DNA from: Macrostomum lignano
Taxonomy: Eukaryota
Assembly: GCA_002269645.1 (NCBI GenBank)
Contig: NIVC01000218.1
Location: 390,407-454,406 of the forward strand
Reading direction: 5' to 3'
Length of the DNA stretch: 64,000 nucleotides
The position numbers were made by a program, and so were the translations under genes. Shown here in pieces: positions 1-10,570 of the stretch. The notes under the pieces were generated by a model. That model was given only the letters and a program-made list of their open reading frames with translations. It was not told where the DNA came from and did not search any database. Position 1 is the stretch's first letter; every line of letters starts with the position of its first letter.

Positions 1-1
1 A

Positions 2-148
2 TCGTGCAGGACTTGGAGATACCGATGCCTAATTAATGAGGGGGAGTACGTTTCGGATTCTGCGTGCTCGGATTGCGTCCAGTGCGCCTACGCAGCCTGC
101 GGCCGGGGAACGGCTCCGGACTCGAGTAGATACGAGTACTGCTGGTAG
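2..148 (+). CDS. 3' part of a secreted 10-Cys peptide family member (5' end lies outside the window)
   Basis: Hand translation of frame +2 gives SCRTWRYRCLINEGEYVSDSACSDCVQCAYAACGRGTAPDSSRYEYCW* (TAG 146-148). It has the same C-x6-C...CxxCxxC-x4-C-x13-C-aromatic-stop ending as the ORFs at 2654, 6696 and 40761. Confidence 0.8.
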   Translation, partial: SCRTWRYRCLINEGEYVSDSACSDCVQCAYAACGRGTAPDSSRYEYCW

Positions 149-660
149 TCGGACGCATGGACGTTAAATATCGTTATTGGAAGGCAGTTTTGATAAGATT
201 GTACGCGCCTATGGTGTCAGTTAATAACTTATTCATACTACATATATCGTGCAACATGCTGGCGTCCCCTGACGTCAGATTGCTGAACAGGATATTTGCT
301 ACAACACGACCATCAGAAAATAAATCACTAAAATAGTTGGAACAAGGAATTGAAAACAATTGATAACAGTTAGCGTTGCGATTGTGTCATAAAGTACGAG
401 CATTCGACTGTTTTTTGTTGTAAATAACTCAAGAAAGCTTGAAAAAAAGTGTAGTTGGTGGCTTCCGATCTAGGCTACTGGTAGATTAATTAATTTTAAG
501 TGAATTATTTGTAATTCTTGGCTTCAACCGCCAGTTTTCCTGTTATCCTCCCTACTAATCCTAATATAATCGATAAAAAACGAAGACAGGAATCCCAAAA
601 TAATTAATTTGTTCAAACAAAGACGTCACAATCAATAAAATAGTTAAAGTTTAATCGAGG

Positions 661-1091
661 CACCGTCGTGAAGTTGTACGCGAGGACTTTCGCTACCTCG
701 GTAGTCCTCAGTTCCTTTGCGTCGAGCGCTGACACCATTGGCTTCGACAGAAAGACTCTGAAGACTCTGAGTCATCTGAAGATACGCTTCTGAAGCGCTG
801 CTACGAGTAGCATAGCCAATCTTTCTGTATGGCGTGGATGCTGAACCAATGACTATGCCGCGAGAGAACAGTTGGACACTCACTAAAGGTCCCTTCTGTG
901 CTAATTCCCGCTGGGCATACACTATCCGGAAAAGCTGTCGACCTGATATGGCGTCGCCATACAGATGCTGCTTGAACACTGTCTTGAACACGATCGTGAC
1001 GAACGAAAACGCCTGGAGCATGCAGGTCCACATGCATCAGCCTACAAAGCAGTTGCGCCACGGCCAAATCGGTACTGCAAATCAACAGTGA
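661..1091 (+). mobile_element. degenerate non-LTR retrotransposon (RTE/L2-like) reverse-transcriptase C-terminal fragment
   Basis: Broken frames give EVVREDFRYLGS (F-x-YLGS motif) and downstream PIFLYGVDAEPMT (LLYG-x-E-x-W-like), with frameshifts and stops. Confidence 0.45.
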
Positions 1092-2405
1092 AACTTGATT
1101 TTATAACTTCATCACTACATCAATGAGCCCGTCAATCAAGTAAGAAAATTTCAGTAAAAATGTTTTCATGTTTTAGTTAGAGCAGCCTAATTTTTAGGTA
1201 TTATCCCCTGTCCTCTTGGTGTCGCCAACAGAATTTCGCACTATTGCACACTGCTCTGCCAGGGTAGGCCAGAGTAAGTTGAAGCCAGGAATTTTTACTA
1301 AGCACGTATCAAATTAAAGCTGCCCCCATGTGCACATAAGGAGAGACACTTGAGTGATTTTTCGACTGCAGGGTGTAGCTCATGGCTCGTGCTCCAGTTT
1401 TAGCAACTGTCGAGAGCTCCCACTCTTTCTGGCTCGCGCTTTTTTGGCATTCCAGGTGCACTTGGGTTATTGAGTCGTTCTGAGAGTCTAGAATGGTTAT
1501 ATAGAAAATTTTGAGGGTTTAAACACCAAGTGAAAAAAGGATATAAAGTTCCCTGACAACTGGCGTTAAATTGACAGGCAGTTAGACAAATTTTGATACA
1601 GTCAACGTACGGTTAAAACAATTCGAAACAACTCCCTGATTTGCATCAGTGTCGTAAACGGAATAGCAACTATCAAAACGTAAGTTAAAGTAAAGTCTAT
1701 GGCTAGACCTACCACTATTGCAATTCATAGCTGAAGGCTCGAGGGATTTAATCACATACCGACCTCAAACACATAGAATATCTTATTTAAACTACTTTAA
1801 TTTAGCGGGATGTATTCAGATAAATCCCGGAGCCATACTTGTATGTCTATGGTTGAAGTTGAGGATGGGGGTGTGGGGGCGAAGCCCCTGCTGGGGGTGA
1901 GGGACGAAGCCCCCACATTCTTACCATAGACAAAATTTCATTAAGAAATTTCTCGAGTCACGAAGGAAGAGAAGAGAGAAGCTCGTTTATTTAGATACAT
2001 ACAATAATCCTTGCAATATGTCCGGGAAAGTGATCGATTAAATCCCGCAAAATAAAATCTATGTCAATAACCTCCCTGAAAGTGAGCTTTAAAGTGGTTT
2101 AAGAGATTAAATCCCGAGAGCCGAAGGCATAGAATAAACCCATAGAACATCTTATACTTATTATCTATGCATTGTAACGTATTTCCAAATCGACAAGTGT
2201 CTATGGCCAAGACTATCGATTCAATTTACAAAGCCAGAGGGGCAGGCCATAGACATCTATGTCTTCTGGAAGTGAAAGCTTGAGTAGGTTTTTACAAAAC
2301 GGGGCTTACTTGAAGTCTATGCTCTTTCTTTGTCCAGTCGGTTTGGTTCCGAAGGGACAGCATTACGGTGCATCTGTTCTATTTTGACGCTTGGCCCATA
2401 CATCT

Positions 2406-2567
2406 ATTCGACGTGTAACAACGTCGCTGGCAAATATGTACCTTTACAATGCATTGAGCAAGTATCAAATGTCATGCGTCGAAGTTCATCCGACGCATGA
2501 CATCGTTATCCGTCGATGCAATAATGTAAAGGTACGTATTTGTCAAGGACGTTGTTAGACGTCGAAT
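2406..2567. repeat. 162-bp imperfect palindrome (foldback/MITE-like hairpin)
   Basis: Outer arms are ATTCGACGTGTAACAACGTCGCTGGCAAATATGTACCTTTACA versus the reverse complement of the right end, ATTCGACGTCTAACAACGTCCTTGACAAATACGTACCTTTACA. There is a perfect inner 13-bp stem ATGTCATGCGTCG/CGACGCATGACAT with a 9-nt loop. Confidence 0.8.
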
Positions 2568-2653
2568 TTCTGTACGGATAAGTTGAAGTCTCCTAAGGCA
2601 CGCTGCGTAGACTTGTATCTCAATTTTCAACAATCATATAATATTTCAACAGG

Positions 2654-2935
2654 ATGAAACCTACCGCCGGTCTTCTGGCTCCACTGCTAATCCTTCTCTG
2701 CTTGGCTATTGTCTGCTTCTCGTCGGCAAGCGGAAAAGTTGACTGCGACAGTGCAGAATACTCCTGCCCAAGCAGTTGCAAGTCTCTAGCCAGCACGGCC
2801 AATATGTGCAAAAGGATAAGGAGACACTGCGGCAAATCGCCAGACTGGTGCGCTGACTGTCTGAAATGCGCCTTCTCAGCCTGTAAAGTCGGCTCTGATC
2901 CGCAGGACTACGACATCTTCACCTATTGCTACTAG
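2654..2935 (+). CDS. secreted cysteine-rich peptide, 93 aa precursor (signal peptide + 10-Cys mature domain)
   Basis: Hydrophobic leader MKPTAGLLAPLLILLCLAIVCFSSAS. Cys spacing is C-6-C-3-C-9-C-6-C-6-C-2-C-2-C-4-C-14-C. An acceptor TTTCAACAG lies immediately before the ATG, AATAAA is at 2981, and three paralogues are in the window. Confidence 0.85.
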   Translation: MKPTAGLLAPLLILLCLAIVCFSSASGKVDCDSAEYSCPSSCKSLASTANMCKRIRRHCGKSPDWCADCLKCAFSACKVGSDPQDYDIFTYCY

Positions 2936-3699
2936 GAGAAGAAACTTTTAATTGAGATCAGGTGGTCAGTGGACGAGTTGAATAAACAGCTGTGGTGCTT
3001 GGGATCTCTTTTCTGATTGTTTAATTTCAAAAAGACAATTAAAACGACTTTATGCTTCGAATTATTATTCCCCGAAAAATAAAATATTTGTGGGCAAACA
3101 CTGAACACGGCATGAATCAAAAAGCCAAAAAATAGATTGTTTTTTAAGTTTTTTAATTACGGTCAAATAGGCCAAGGCGACTATTGGTTTTACTCGTAGT
3201 GCGACGCATGTTTTAGTTCTTAGTACTTCTACACGTCTTGAGATGGCGGCACCCTGTGTGAATTGATGTTGATACTTTTAATTCATAATGGATGATACTA
3301 ACTCTATCTTGATTCTGGCACAGTGGTGCACAAAATCAAAGGTGACACCTTTAGATTTCCACAAGCATGAAAGTGTCGGTACGAGATCTTTGTCACATTT
3401 CATTGCGGACGAATTCACAGCAATCTGTAAATTATCTACTGGCGTACGAAAGGGACTCAAATTTTAGGGGGGGGGGCGTAGTCTAGCGGTCCCGGGGCGG
3501 CGCTCTGATGTGTCAGCGGTCCAGGCTCGATTCCAAGTACAAGTCACATTAATTTGGGGCCAAATTGTGGAATCTCGGCTTGGCTCTGCTTGTTCAATTA
3601 ACGCTCTTGAAGGCTGACCCACAAGGCACAGGGAAGTGTACATGTAAGAAGACATCAAACGACATTTGTAGCTTGTACAGGAAACAGGCAACCTGACAG

Positions 3700-4700
3700 A
3701 GAAAACGTTCTTATCAGTACATAGTACATCACTTAAGGTCCAGTCATCAACAAACACTTGCTTTTAAAAATGGTATACATGGCACTGGCACTCGACTCGA
3801 GCACTGGCCGTGGACAGAAGTTGCCTATACATGTAAAAGAGAGACAGTACCTTTCCTGATACAATCCAATCTGGAAGATGCTCTCTATGCAGCCTTCCTC
3901 TTTCTGTATGCAATTGTTTGTTTTTACCTATTTCAAGGGCTTTATGTATAGCTCCTGCGTGCATGTGATCAAATCCAATGCTTTTTTAAACTGATTAAAT
4001 TTCCAGATGCCTTTGATATACAGTACGTATGGCAATATGTATCAAATGCAGTTTGCACCACAGATTATATTTACCTAGATGTGTCACTCCAACACTCGCT
4101 AGTGCATTTAGCGGCCGCTTGGCCGCAGCGCGAAACCCAGGGGTTGGGACACAGACAATAGCTGTATTGAATTTAATCCAAGATACGTTTGCCAACCAAT
4201 GTGATTGAGCTTTTGTCTATGGTAGCAAGACTTGGTCCAAACGCTCGTGAGCCAGTCGGCAACTCTTGCCTTCTCGCAACCGTCTGCAGGTTTTTGCGCA
4301 CCGCTGGAATGCCAGCGTCTCTAGCAACGATTTTCGGTCGCTTTTCCAGAGCTCTGCTGATAGTCGAAATTTGATAACTAACTGGAACTGTTCCTTCAAC
4401 TTCTTCTGCATTTTCTGCAATATCAACAAACGGTTCGTCTCAAATGCATCGAGTAGCAGTTGGACCTGATGCTCTCGAGCAACTTGCATTGGCGATTGCC
4501 ACCCTTTCGCAGGCAATCTCTGCCGGTAGAGTTTCAACGTGCTGATGGATGCTGTAAACCATCTTTTCTTTTACATTCAGCAGCCTTGCAATGTACATGT
4601 ACTTTAGGTGTTCACCTCTGTCGAGTGCTTCGATCACAAGTGAATGGCATTCATTTGACCGCCTAGCATATGGTCCACAAATCTGGGGCTGATCTTGCTT
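3700..4700 (-). mobile_element. degenerate IS630/Tc1/mariner-type transposase (boundaries approximate)
   Basis: Across frameshifts on the minus strand: an HTH-like HSLVIEALDRGE...IARLLNVKEKMVYSI, a KGGNRQCKL linker, a second HTH ...LKEQFQLV / QISTISRALEKR, ATIDKSS (IDES-like) and MHAGAIHK (MDNAxIH-like). Confidence 0.55.
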
Positions 4701-5623
4701 CTCCACAGCAGTTACAAATGGACTGAAAAAAGGGTATATTCTCGTAGAATCTGTGGTTTGCGCCACGTCATATTCGTGATCAGATTTTTTTGTATAAATT
4801 TATTTATTTCAATTACTACCTTAGTTCTATATAAAAGTACTGACCCTCTATTGACGCCTGTTTGAGCAGAGATTGAGTGACATTTGTATGTCAAGTGAAC
4901 TTTAGAAGTGCTGCTTGCTGCATGATTGCCAGAAGTTTCGTATGACACCATGCAAAAAAGTATTGAATTTCGTTCACAGCTCAAATTTCGCATAGAAGTT
5001 TTTGTTAACCACTGCAGTTGCAGCGGACACGCGAAAGTATTGAATTTCAAAATGTCAAAGTTTTAAATTTCCAATTTAAATCCGTAGAAACTTTTTAAAA
5101 CCTAACCATTTTGATCCATCCAAAATCTTCAGATTTTGAATTAGCTGAGAGCTAAAAAATTGAGCAAAATTCAATCTACGATTTTCAAGAGGCTCCTTCG
5201 ATCTACTTTTCAAAGTCAACACTTTGAGCTAATTCTAGCTATTTCTCCAAAACTTGTGTTTTCGAGCGTAGTTGTGACGAAAGAATTTTTTTGTATAAAA
5301 TCCTTCTACAAAGACCTCAAAAATAATAATTGTGGGTTTATATTTGCAGTGTAACTTTAAAAAATAGATCGGAGCCAACAGCCAATCAAGGTAAGAAAAC
5401 CTATTAATTTTTAATAAAAATATTCGGATACTCGACCTCTCTCACTGACCATGCATGGGCAACAGACGTAGAAGTATTCCTTCTTTTTCTGTTTTTATCA
5501 AGCACTACTATATAATAACTTGAGTTGGCAATTAATATTGCATTGGGATGACATGCCAATGCTTTGTCCCGCCACCCCATCTTGTGAGTCGTGGTAATCA
5601 ATTTTCTTCAGAGCGCCAAAATA

Positions 5624-5891
5624 TAGCGCTTTCGGCGCCAAAATGTGTGCCTGCGGCGCCAAAATGAGTGCCTGCGGCGCTAAAATGAGTGCCTGCGGCG
5701 CTAAAATGGGTGCCTGTGGCGCTAAAATGAGTGCCTGTGGCGCTAAAATGAGTGCCTGTGGCGCTAAAATGAGTGCCTGCGGCGCCAAAATGAGTGCCTG
5801 CGGCGCCAAAGCAGTGCCAAAATTTAGTCATGTACATGTTGAATTCTTGGCTTTGTCCCCCCCCACCATAAAATCCACGGCGACGCCCTTG
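5624..5891. mobile_element. non-autonomous element end with a 21-bp internal tandem repeat (GAGTGCCTGCGGCGCTAAAAT, ~9 copies)
   Basis: The tandem repeat at 5624-5810 is followed by CATGTACATGTTGAATTCTTG...CCCCCCC...GGCGACGCCCTTG. This is nearly identical to 43350-43570, and the same 21-mer occurs in the MITE at 23207. Confidence 0.65.
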
Positions 5892-6695
5892 TGTACAGGG
5901 CATGATGCTTTTTTCGAAAAGATAACGGAAACTACTGATAGCTAAACACAATACAGCGACGGTGTGGGGAAATATCTTTTGTTCACATGTCCTTATGCGT
6001 AGTGTATTTTTCATAGATGTATTTCCCTAGCACGATTTGTACTGCATACTGTGTTTTCTAGTGGGGTACTCACTAAAATTCTCGTTGTCAATTCGTCAAT
6101 TTTAGCTAGCTAAAAAAAGTTACGCAAACATCATAAATTCGTTCAGAGAAAGCACCTATAATTTTTTGTGTTGCCGGTCATCAGTAGCTATATGTAAATG
6201 TATGTTATGATTATGAAAGTCCTCTCCAGAACTCGAGATTAAAAAAATGATTCTTGATACACACCAGAAATGTTTGTACACTTTCAATCGAAAATGGTAA
6301 ATTTAATATCGACGTCTTCTATACGAATAGAAGACGAATAAATATGAATTAGGAAGTGTCCTGGACAAATTTAACATTCTTCTTCACGTGAAGAGAATCT
6401 ATGCAGAATAACAAATTTCATGATTCATATTTAATAAAATAAAGCAAAAAAAGCTTAAAATAAAGAAGTTTACTGATAGTTTGTTAGGAATAAACAAATT
6501 TAATGCTTGTTCCTACGATTCGTACGACAGAAACTAAAGTGTCTGTAGAAGTTTCTGAATAAGTGTCGGCGAATGTTTAATACGTACTAAAAGTCTAAAA
6601 CCCAACTGCATCAGGTGAAGTTCGCACAATTTGCAATTTTGTTTATATCCACAATATTTAACAGAAAATTTCCGCTGAATTTCCACAGTTCATTC

Positions 6696-6968
6696 ATGCC
6701 TGCTACGCTGCAACCGCTGCTCTTGATGAGCATCTTTCTGTTCACAATCGGCACGTCACTCAATAATATAGACTGCAACAGCCCTAAAGTGACCTGCCCG
6801 AGATCGTGCAGCAGTTCACTGGACAGCCTGATCTCCGGCTGCAGGTTCAGCGCCTACGTTTGCAGAGAATCGCTGGACTGGTGCGCCAACTGTTTGAGCT
6901 GCGCGTTCAACGCTTGCGGCAGAGGAGCGCCGCAGGATTATGAAATATTTTCCTATTGCTACTACTAA
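6696..6968 (+). CDS. secreted cysteine-rich peptide, 90 aa precursor, paralogue of 2654-2935
   Basis: The true start is probably ATG 6696 (MPATLQPLLLMSIFLFTIGTSL), after the acceptor TTTCCACAG at 6688. Spacing is C-6-C-3-C-10-C-6-C-6-C-2-C-2-C-4-C-13-C. It shares DWCAxCLxCAFxAC and PQDY[DE]IF[TS]YCY with 2654-2935. AATAAA is at 7079. Confidence 0.85.
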   Translation: MPATLQPLLLMSIFLFTIGTSLNNIDCNSPKVTCPRSCSSSLDSLISGCRFSAYVCRESLDWCANCLSCAFNACGRGAPQDYEIFSYCYY

Positions 6969-8238
6969 TAATAGCAACTGCAAATTGTGCTGAAGGGGGT
7001 GAATGGAGAAAGGTTAATTAAACAAAAAATGTTATAAAGATCACGATTTCTTATAAATTGAAACAATTTTACACTTCCAATAAAAACCTATATATATAAT
7101 TGATGGATACTTTATTGAGATATACACTCGTAATGATCTCTAATCTCTAATTTTTGTATTCTCACTGAAAGGAAACAGAATTTGGAAAAAAAGCTTACAT
7201 TAAGTAGCCGCGGTGACTATTGATTGTACTTGATAATGGAAGGAACATAGAAGAATATCACACCTTGATATCTAGGACTTTTGTATCATTTCCTACTAGT
7301 CATCTGGCCTTTTCTTGAAAAATACCGAAAACAATTCTCTCCTACTTATATAAGGTGAGTTGAATCGAATACGCGCACTTAAAACGACGAATTAGAAGCT
7401 AAAACAGATTAATAAAAAAGTAGGAAAAAATCCGCTCGTATTATTGGCACAGTTGTTGTTGTACTCAGTGCATACGTGAAGCCACAAACGTATATGAGAG
7501 ACAAAATAGGCTGTGAGATTTTATAAACAGCTAGACTGTTACATACATAAACCTCAATTCACAGGAGTCATTTTTTATAAAGAAAGAATTTACAGATTGG
7601 TAAGGCAACTTTCAATTAATAACAGTCAAACATAAATGTAAAATAAAAAATAGTTTTGTAAAAATTTTCTACACGGTTTCATCTTGGCGTTGAGATAAAA
7701 AACACTACCTAAAAACACATGAGATAAAAAATAGCTATCATCTTCCATCTTCCATCTTCAAAACTTGTCCATCTTCAAAACCATAGACACAATCTACCAT
7801 TGTTTAGCAATTTGACGATCATTTTTCGCATTTTTTATGCAGAACAATACATTACTACAAACAATGCATTGTTTTTAGGATCGTCAAACAGAAAAACAAT
7901 GCAAAGAATCAGCGGTCGCAGCACGTGACAACGATTTGTCTATGGCTCGCTTGCTTATTTTGCAGCCTAGAACCACAGAATGGCTTGAACAGCGGGCAGT
8001 GAAATTCGGCAACAGAAACGCCTCGTCGCTCGCGGACATTTTACGAGTAGCTTGCAGAAGCCTTCCAAGGATAATGAATATGGGTACATGACAATTTTTT
8101 AACAATATGTAAACACGGAACGTAACGATCAGCTCGTTAAAAGTTCAGTTTGATGCAACGTTTGCTTTAATTAGCACCGTTCGCATTTTCCACCGTTGCA
8201 TATTAGGAGTTTGTATAAGTGAAGAAAAAGTGCAAAAT

Positions 8239-9740
8239 TTAGCTTCGATTGAAAGGACGCAGAGTTAGACAATTTGGCAACAGTTGATGCCTGCAGAACA
8301 ACTGTAGGCTGAGCAAATTATACAGCAGTGTGGCAAAAGTCTGACTGGACAAGAACGCAACTAACTCATCGTTGAAAATCGAATTGTAGACGTTAGTTGC
8401 GTCTCGCGAGATCAAGCAGAGTTTGATGCGGCTACCGTGATGGTCGATATTGTTGGCATTATTACACACGCGAAACTGAACGAACAGCCGGCTGGCGTCA
8501 ACTGGATTCAGGCTGGCACCCGCGGATAGACATTGAATTACTTTGTCCACTTGTTCATTAAGGACAACGCTTGAATCGTTGAGCTGTTCAGCAGTCAACG
8601 GACCATTGTCGTAACCAAGGCAAAATTCTTGTAGATCATGCACAGTGGCCAACAATTCTTCGGGCAGACTCGGAGCCTGCACCCGTGCACCGGTCGACAT
8701 TGACAAAGATAGTTGCGATCCGGTGTCCGTGCAGTCATCAACAGGAATCGACACGCAATCCAATGACGGTGCGCGTTCAGAACCGCCAAGCTCTATTAGT
8801 CGATTGACAATCGTTTGGATGTCGGGCCTATCAGCTGGGTTGTGATTGACAGCTTGTGCCTGAAGCTCCCTCAGTCTAATCGCAGTTTCTGTCTGCGATT
8901 GTGTGGGCCATTCGGCTTGTAGAATACTATCATCCCAATTTATTTGCGAGTCAAGCGGTGGAGGCAGATCTCTTAATAGTAGTTCCAAAATCACCCTACC
9001 GAATGAGTAACAGTCGGCCGGTTTGCCGTACTCGGCAAGCGGTTTTCCACGCTGCTGGCTGGTAGAAATTTCTACGCGTACGACGACTTTCACTTCGGGC
9101 GCCTGCCACAGCTCCGTGCCCTGCTCGGCAGTCATATTGATTTGACAATCGCGACCGATCTCCAAGTCGCAGAGTTTGAGAGTAGCCCCGCGATCATACA
9201 GCAGCATATTTAGAGCCTTCACGTCGCGATGAACGATTTGCCGAGAGTGCAAAAACTCCAGACCTCTTGCCGCCTGCAACAGCCAACAGGTCACGTGATC
9301 AAGTGTGTAGCTAATAACAGTCGGAAACACATCGGCCCGGCTGATGGCGTATCTCAGACTAAAGTCGGCCAGCTCCATGTAGAACCGAGGAAGGTGCCGA
9401 TCGGCAAGTGCACACTGTCTGGCTGCGATATTTCTAAACTGCGAGCAATCACCGACACCAAGTTGGAGTGCCGATTTTCGAGCAAGATATTGTATTCATT
9501 TCTGGCTCTCTCGTTGTACTTGGCAATTCTATCGACATTCATTTCGTTCTGGTTGCCAAATACTTTTCTAACAATGTACTGGCCAAAGCGCTGTCTAGCT
9601 TCGCTATTCTCATCAAGTTTAACACGTTCGACTTTGTTTATGCTGGAGCCGCTTGAACGACCGACAGTGAAACTGGAGATAACAAAACGACTCAGCTTCT
9701 CTTCATCATTGTTTTCGACACCTGGATTATCCTGATCCAT
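8239..9740 (-). CDS. intronless TKL-group (TAK1/MAP3K7-like) protein kinase with one frameshift (pseudogene or assembly indel) and an unassigned C-terminal domain
   Basis: The N-lobe is in ORF 9740-9354 (GRSSGSS loop, VRK lysine, NEY alphaC, HSNLV). The C-lobe is in another frame, 9378-8239 (MEL hinge, WLLQAARGLEFLH, HRDVKALN, LKLCDLE, MTAEQGTELWQAPEV, DCYSFG). The frame switch lies between ~9497 and 9380, with no plausible GT-AG intron there. Confidence 0.75.
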
Positions 9741-10391
9741 TGCTGTCTGAAAGCGCAAAATCAAGACAAATTGATATCAATTCAAAAAGAAATTTTGAAA
9801 TATTTCTGTTTCATAAGCGCCAAGAAACGCCCTAGACCAGGCTCAATTCTATTTTTCCATGATAAATTTTCGGTCATAGTTCGCCCCCCTGCGAACTAAC
9901 TAACTAACTAAAATAAGCGTTGAGAAACATGTAAGTGAAATAAAAGCATACAATTCACCTCTCTCAATTAAAGCAAATAGTAAATTTTTTGAAGTCGTAA
10001 ATTTTGTTTGAAATTTTTCCAAAGTTCAAATCAATACACATGGGAGGAGGGACACAAGAGTCACTCTTCGTAGAATTGAAGGGGATTATTGATCAAACAT
10101 TCACGTGGACTGGCCAATCAAAATATTTGCTCATATATTATAAGTTGCATGAAAGACGGAATTTATAGAATCAAATTTTAAATTAGGAAACAAACAATGA
10201 TAATCATAATTAAGTAGTTAATTATATGCGCATCAAAGTTCCTTGATACTTTTTTCATTTTTCCACCACCGCTGGATTTTTAATGAAAATAGGCCCTGGA
10301 CAAAAAATGGAGAACATTATTAGAAAAGCCCCACTGCGTGAAATCAAGAAAATAGTACAATGTGTACTTTGGTTTGACTTCTAATCAAACT

Positions 10392-10410
10392 AAGACAGAC
10401 AGAGACACTA

Positions 10411-10500
<90 letters not shown>
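10392..10500. repeat. (GACA)n tetranucleotide microsatellite just downstream of the ACOX1 stop
   Basis: About 25 near-perfect GACA units, seen directly. Confidence 0.95.
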
Positions 10501-10501
<1 letters not shown>

Positions 10502-10570
10502 TCCCGACAATCAAGCAGTGACTCAGCAATCATCAGTCCTGAGTCGGTCCGAGCCCACAGGCGGCAGAAG

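Noticed and set aside
2654-2935. Assignment of the Cys peptides to macins (hydramacin/theromacin) because of the initial C-x6-C and terminal CY
   Set aside because: The remaining spacing, especially CxxCxxC-x4-C, does not fit the macin pattern as I recall it. The family is left unassigned pending an HMM or structure search.
5498-6014. APQALIL / MSACGAK repeat ORFs (also 43203-43596)
   Set aside because: They are translations of the 21-bp internal repeat of a non-autonomous element.
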